Assembly: GCA_965603595.1 (NCBI GenBank)
Contig: CBFDDP010000003.1
Span: 1,309-65,308, forward strand
DNA length: 64,000 nt
Direction: 5' to 3'
Source: an uncultured bacterium
GTDB lineage: Bacteria > Spirochaetota > B62-G9 > DRHN01
Part shown: one piece after another, positions 59,648-64,000 of the stretch
How the letters are laid out: the number at the start of each line of letters is the position of its first letter
Numbering within the stretch: the stretch's first letter is position 1
Notes under the pieces: generated by a model
What the model was told of the DNA's origin: nothing
Database searches by the model: none
Seen by the model: the letters and a program-made list of their open reading frames with translations, nothing else
Translations under genes and position numbers: made by a program

Positions 59648-60496
59648 ATGTCACTCAGCACCTTTCAAAAAATGCTTGCTGATGCAAAGGAGAGAAAATA
59701 CGCAATAGGCTCTTTCAATGCATGGGATGTGTATTCAGCGAAGAACATCACCCTCACCGCAGAGAAGATGCGTTCACCGGTTATCATTTCTCTCTGGCAG
59801 CCAGAGCTTGATTTTGCAGGCGAGAGGCAGCTCTACGAGCTCTGTGTTTCCTTTGCCGCTGCTGTCTCAGTGCCTGTGGCGATTTTCATAGATCATGCGA
59901 AGGATGTACAGGCTGTTGAAAGGGCTATCAGACTGGGAGCGACAAGTGTCATGATCGATGGTTCACATCTCCCGCTTGAGGAAAACATTGCACTCACGGC
60001 CCGGGCTGCAGAGTTAGCCCATAGTGCCGGTGTTTCAATTGAGGGTGAGATTGGTGTTCTGGGGGAAGAGGACGGCTCTGAGCCGGATGAAGCATTCTAC
60101 ACTGATGAGCATGAAGCGGAAGTTTTTGTGAGAGATACGGGGATAGATGCCTTGGCGGTAGCTATCGGAAATGCGCATGGTTACTATAAAAGAGCCCCCA
60201 GATTGGACCTTGATCGTCTGGCAGCAATAGGCTCGAGAGTTGATGTGCCCCTGGTGCTGCATGGCGGCTCCGGCATACCGCCGAATGATCTGCAGGCGGC
60301 TATTGACCGGGGGATCACCAAAGTCAATATCGGTGCTGAACCCCGCACTGCCTTCATGGACGGTTTACGGGAATCACTGGCGGAGGCAGACGAGAGTGAG
60401 AAGTTTCCTCACAGGATTTTTCCCCGTGCCCTTGAGCGCCATGCCCAGCTGATAGAGGAAAAAATGGTTTTGCTGGGTTCGGAAGGCAGGGGATGA
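59648..60496 (+). CDS. Class II ketose-bisphosphate aldolase (FbaA/GatY/KbaY family)
   Basis: MSLSTFQKMLADAKERKYAIGSFNAWD...FIDHAKD...GEIGVLGEEDG...VLHGGSG. Confidence 0.8.
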   Translation: MSLSTFQKMLADAKERKYAIGSFNAWDVYSAKNITLTAEKMRSPVIISLWQPELDFAGERQLYELCVSFAAAVSVPVAIFIDHAKDVQAVERAIRLGATSVMIDGSHLPLEENIALTARAAELAHSAGVSIEGEIGVLGEEDGSEPDEAFYTDEHEAEVFVRDTGIDALAVAIGNAHGYYKRAPRLDLDRLAAIGSRVDVPLVLHGGSGIPPNDLQAAIDRGITKVNIGAEPRTAFMDGLRESLAEADESEKFPHRIFPRALERHAQLIEEKMVLLGSEGRG

Positions 60497-60585
60497 TGAT
60501 CTAATGAAATCGAGAAGTGCTTCAATGGGTGCATCGAGGTGCTTTTCGTTTACTGAATTGATGGTCTCAATGAAAGGATTGATGG

Positions 60586-61290
60586 ATGCAACAGAGCAGG
60601 GGATCTATAGATTTTGAACCTCCCTATGAGGAATTCACAGCTCCAGCCATACGAAAAGTCATCGCACAGAGGCTGCTCGAGAGCAAACTGACTATCCCGC
60701 ACTTCTATCTCTTCGATGAAATTGATATGGAGGAAGCGGCGCTGCTGCGCGGTGAGCTGAACAGCATGAAGATCAGCTTCAACGATATGATCGTGAAAGC
60801 CGTGACAGTGGCACTGGAAATGCACCCCGAGTGCAACGTCTCCTATGCTGACGGTAAGATCCGCCGGTATCTGGAGATCAACATCAACATCGCTGTGGCC
60901 ATAGAGGGTGGCCTGCTCGTACCGGTTCTGAGAAACTGCAGGGGAAAGAGCCTCTCTGACATCAGCCGGGAAACAAAGGAGATTGTTCAGAAGGCACGAA
61001 ACAGGAAGCTCCGCCCCCATGAGGGACTGGGGGGAACCTTCACCATCTCGAATCTCGGTGTATTCGGTCTGGACGGGTCCTTCTCCATCATCAATCCTCC
61101 CCAGGCTATGATATGTACGACAGGAGCTATCAAGGAAATGCCCGTGGTGAGAGAGGGCAGCCTCGCTGTGGGGACAAGAATGAAGGTGACGCTTTCATGT
61201 GACCACCGGGCGGTTGACGGTGCTGTGGGCGCCCTGTTCCTTGCGGATCTCAGGAAGATACTCGAAAATCCACGGGAATACCTCGTTTAG
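60586..61290 (+). CDS. Stand-alone 2-oxoacid dehydrogenase acyltransferase (E2) catalytic domain with no lipoyl domain
   Basis: 234 aa ending ...SCDHRAVDGAVGALFL. Only 90 bp of non-coding sequence lie upstream, with no lipoyl or subunit-binding domain. Confidence 0.75.
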   Translation: MQQSRGSIDFEPPYEEFTAPAIRKVIAQRLLESKLTIPHFYLFDEIDMEEAALLRGELNSMKISFNDMIVKAVTVALEMHPECNVSYADGKIRRYLEININIAVAIEGGLLVPVLRNCRGKSLSDISRETKEIVQKARNRKLRPHEGLGGTFTISNLGVFGLDGSFSIINPPQAMICTTGAIKEMPVVREGSLAVGTRMKVTLSCDHRAVDGAVGALFLADLRKILENPREYLV

Positions 61291-61317
61291 ACGTGAATCG
61301 GAATCGAGGCTGAACAG

Positions 61318-62280
61318 ATGAATGAACTTGAAATGGAAAAACTGCTCCCCAAGATTGCACATCTCTACTATCTGGAGGACATGAATCAGGACAAGATCGC
61401 GGAAAAGTTCAACATCAACAGGGTCAGGGTCTCCAGGTACCTGAAAAAGGCACGCGAGATGAATATCGTTGAGATCAAGGTGAACTACTCCAAGGAGAGC
61501 TATCAGGAGCTCGAGCGGTGCATCGAGAAACGCTACGGCCTGAAGGAGTGCATCGTTATTCCCACCCACGACAACGTCCAGGGGATATTTCAGGAACTTG
61601 CGACGAGCCTTACGGGCGTGCTGAATCGTATTCTCAGGGACGGCGACAGCATCGGCGTGAACTGGGGTCTTACGCTCAAGGAGGTTATAGCCCTCATGGA
61701 CTCTCCGAAGCAGATCGATGTCAAGGTTGTACCCATGTGCGGGGGCCTGGGCAGGATCGAGCGGGGAATTCACACAAACTCAATAGCCAAATCCCTGGCC
61801 GATGTTTTCGGCGGCATCAGTTATGTGATCAATGCTCCTGCAATCCTCGACAGTAAAAAAACCAAGGAGGTGCTGCTGGAGGACAGTAACACGAAAGAGA
61901 TCTTTGAGCTGCTGAAGGGTCTGAGATGTGCCGTCTTCAGTTTCAGTGATCTGGGACCCGAGTCATCCTATGTCAAGTACGGGCTTTTCAGCAATGAAGA
62001 GATCGAGTATCTCAGGAGCAGGGGGATTGTAGGTGACGTGAACCTCGACTTTCTCGACAGAGAGGGCGCACATGTGCCCAACAAAATATACGACAGGGTC
62101 ATCGCCCTGCCGATTTCCGAGATAGTCAAGATACACAATGTGGTAGGCATCGCCTATGGCCTGAGAAAGGTGGAAATAGCAAGGGCCGTACTGCGTGGAA
62201 ATATTTTCGATATACTCGTTATAGACCTGGAGCTCGCGGAAGCAATGATTTCAGGTGTTGGTTCTGAGGGGGACAGCTGA
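61318..62280 (+). CDS. SorC-family sugar-binding transcriptional regulator
   Basis: N-terminal HTH region LYYLEDMNQDKIAEKFNINRVRVSRYLKKARE, and a C-terminal sugar-binding (CggR/DeoR-Bsu-like) domain. Confidence 0.8.
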   Translation: MNELEMEKLLPKIAHLYYLEDMNQDKIAEKFNINRVRVSRYLKKAREMNIVEIKVNYSKESYQELERCIEKRYGLKECIVIPTHDNVQGIFQELATSLTGVLNRILRDGDSIGVNWGLTLKEVIALMDSPKQIDVKVVPMCGGLGRIERGIHTNSIAKSLADVFGGISYVINAPAILDSKKTKEVLLEDSNTKEIFELLKGLRCAVFSFSDLGPESSYVKYGLFSNEEIEYLRSRGIVGDVNLDFLDREGAHVPNKIYDRVIALPISEIVKIHNVVGIAYGLRKVEIARAVLRGNIFDILVIDLELAEAMISGVGSEGDS

Positions 62281-62327
62281 GCAATATGCCATCCTTCAGC
62301 GTGATGAAAGGGAGGAAGAAATTGCAC

Positions 62328-63875
62328 ATGTCCGATTATCTCGTTGGTATCGATGTGGGAACTACCGGTGCAAAGGCGCTCGTTGTGGATCTCAAGGGGA
62401 ACCTTCTCGGCAGCGGTTACCGGGAATACCCCTGTTTATACCCGAAGCCGAACTGGGTGGAGCAGGATGCAGAGCTCGTCATACAGAAGACCTTCGAGGC
62501 CTGCCGCGAAGCCCTTGCCAACTCAGGTATCGATCCTAAGAAGGTCATCTCAGTCGGTTTCTCCACACAGAGAGCCACATTCTGTCTTCTAGATGGCGAC
62601 ATGTCGGTTATAGGCGGAAACTTTTACGGCTGGCAGGACAACCGGGCCCTCTCGGAGATGGAGTACATTGAGTCAAAGATACCTGCCCGCGAGCTGTATC
62701 AGATCCTCGGCATGCCCATTACACCAACATTCTCATTTTCCAAGGTAATCTGGATCATGCGTAACGACCCGCAGCGGTATGAGAAGGCGCGGTATATCTC
62801 ACTCATGCCAGATTATGTGCTGTACCGTTTCGGTGCAGATGAGTTCTGCTGCGAGGTCACCAATGCATGCTGTTCGAGCCTCATCGATGTGCATGAGCTC
62901 CGCTGGTCTGAAAAAATCATCGAGACCTATGGCATCGACCGGGAAAAGTTGCCGCCTCTCGTGAAACCCGGAACCCTGGTGGGCAAGATCACCGAAGAGG
63001 TTTCGGAGCGTACGGGACTCGCAGAGGGTACGCCCATCAGTACGGGAACGGGCGATCAGCAGTGCGCAGCGATCGGTGCGGGTGTCGTCAAACCAGGGTT
63101 TGCCGAACTCACACTCGGCACCTCGGGAGTACTCGTTGTGGCCACAGAGAAGCCGGTGCTTCCCGAAAGCGGCATCATGATGGTGCCGGCTTCAGGTGCG
63201 TGGGGTCTGTACGATGTGGAGGGGATACAGCTGGGTGCGGCAAGCAGCTATCGATGGCTCAGAGACGAGCTCGGAGGTCTTGAGCGGGCCTGGGGAGATG
63301 ACATCGGGGAGAATCCCTACGCCCTTATGGAGCAGCATGTGCGAAAGAGCCCTGTCGGCGCCAATGGCATCGTCTTTCTCCCCTTTCTGAACGGCTCTGG
63401 ATGTCCCTACTGGGATGTGCATGCAAAGGGGGTCTTCGCCGGGCTTACCTTTGCCCACACGAAGAGTGATCTTGTCCGGGCGGTTATGGAGGGCATTACC
63501 CTGGAGGCCAAGGATATTTACCGGGCCATGCAGGATATCGGCGTCGAAATCAAAAGGCTGGCAACAACAGGAGGAGCTGCAAACTCACCTGCATGGCAGC
63601 AGGTCATGGCAGATATGTTCGATGTTGAGATCTACAAGCTGAAGGTGTCGGAGGCCACAACCCTCGGTGCTGCGATACTTGGTGGTGTGGGTGCCGGTGT
63701 GTTCAGGGATGCAGCAGAGGGTGTTTCGCATATCGTGCACTACGAGGAGGCTATCCTACCCATCAGAGAGCATGTCGAGAAATATGATGGACTCTACGAC
63801 GTGTATCGAAATATCCACGGAGCTCTCACGGAGCACGGGAGCTACAAAATGCTTTCGAATATGCAGGGAGCGTGA
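62328..63875 (+). CDS. FGGY-family carbohydrate kinase (xylulokinase-like), intact
   Basis: MSDYLVGIDVGTTGAK...GTGDQQCAAIGAG...TTGGAANSPAWQQVMADMF. SD AAAGGGAGG lies upstream. Confidence 0.85.
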   Translation: MSDYLVGIDVGTTGAKALVVDLKGNLLGSGYREYPCLYPKPNWVEQDAELVIQKTFEACREALANSGIDPKKVISVGFSTQRATFCLLDGDMSVIGGNFYGWQDNRALSEMEYIESKIPARELYQILGMPITPTFSFSKVIWIMRNDPQRYEKARYISLMPDYVLYRFGADEFCCEVTNACCSSLIDVHELRWSEKIIETYGIDREKLPPLVKPGTLVGKITEEVSERTGLAEGTPISTGTGDQQCAAIGAGVVKPGFAELTLGTSGVLVVATEKPVLPESGIMMVPASGAWGLYDVEGIQLGAASSYRWLRDELGGLERAWGDDIGENPYALMEQHVRKSPVGANGIVFLPFLNGSGCPYWDVHAKGVFAGLTFAHTKSDLVRAVMEGITLEAKDIYRAMQDIGVEIKRLATTGGAANSPAWQQVMADMFDVEIYKLKVSEATTLGAAILGGVGAGVFRDAAEGVSHIVHYEEAILPIREHVEKYDGLYDVYRNIHGALTEHGSYKMLSNMQGA

Positions 63876-64000
63876 GTGGTCGGAGAGAAAGGAGCGGTGG
63901 AGTTTGACGAGGAGTGATAATCGGGGGTCTGTCCCGGAGCTTCATTCGGTGACAGATCTCGTGGACATTGCAGGGGCCATGAAGGCGTCCACCGTGGTAA

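Noticed and set aside
61195-61773. 192-aa minus-strand ORF
   Set aside because: Spans the E2 to SorC junction antisense to two well-supported plus-strand genes. It has no SD or motifs.
1-64000. CRISPR arrays, IS elements or transposases, integrases, rRNA and tRNA genes
   Set aside because: I saw no direct-repeat/spacer periodicity, no terminal inverted repeats flanking transposase-like ORFs, and no cloverleaf-like conserved tRNA boxes. The region is entirely metabolic, transport and regulatory.

Overview
The window is a 64-kb bacterial chromosomal segment packed with carbohydrate catabolism genes. Coding regions are about 50-55% GC and the intergenic promoters are AT-rich. It contains no rRNA, tRNA, CRISPR array or transposase that I could recognise. 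The sequence opens in the 3' end of a bacterial microcompartment (BMC) locus of the sugar-phosphate-utilising (SPU) kind. That end holds two tandem EutN/PduN/CcmL vertex genes, then an RpiB and a DeoC aldolase that both carry N-terminal encapsulation-peptide-like extensions. The rest is a mosaic of sugar and polyol operons. There are four ABC uptake systems: one MalK/MalFG-type, two Rbs-type and one Liv-type. There are three GntR/HutC regulators, plus one RpiR and one SorC regulator, and heavy paralogy. Four Fe-alcohol dehydrogenases are present, one of them fused to an aldehyde:ferredoxin oxidoreductase. There are three SDRs, three C_GCAxxG_C_C proteins, two DeoC, two FGGY kinases (one decayed to a pseudogene) and two sets of 2-oxoacid-dehydrogenase E1/E2 genes, neither with an E3 nearby. 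The most unusual cassette is at 57.2-63.9 kb. It holds a 761-aa fused E1 alpha-beta thiamine-enzyme, a class II ketose-bisphosphate aldolase, a lipoyl-less E2 catalytic domain, a SorC regulator and an FGGY kinase. At least four promoter regions in the window carry the same module: TTGACAA, then a near-perfect CTTGTAATTACAAG palindrome, then ATAATATGA. This looks like a GntR/HutC-type operator, two instances are divergent, and a related inverted repeat sits upstream of one of the GntR genes, so the module may define a local regulon. All functional calls come from motif-level reading of the translated ORFs. No database search was run.
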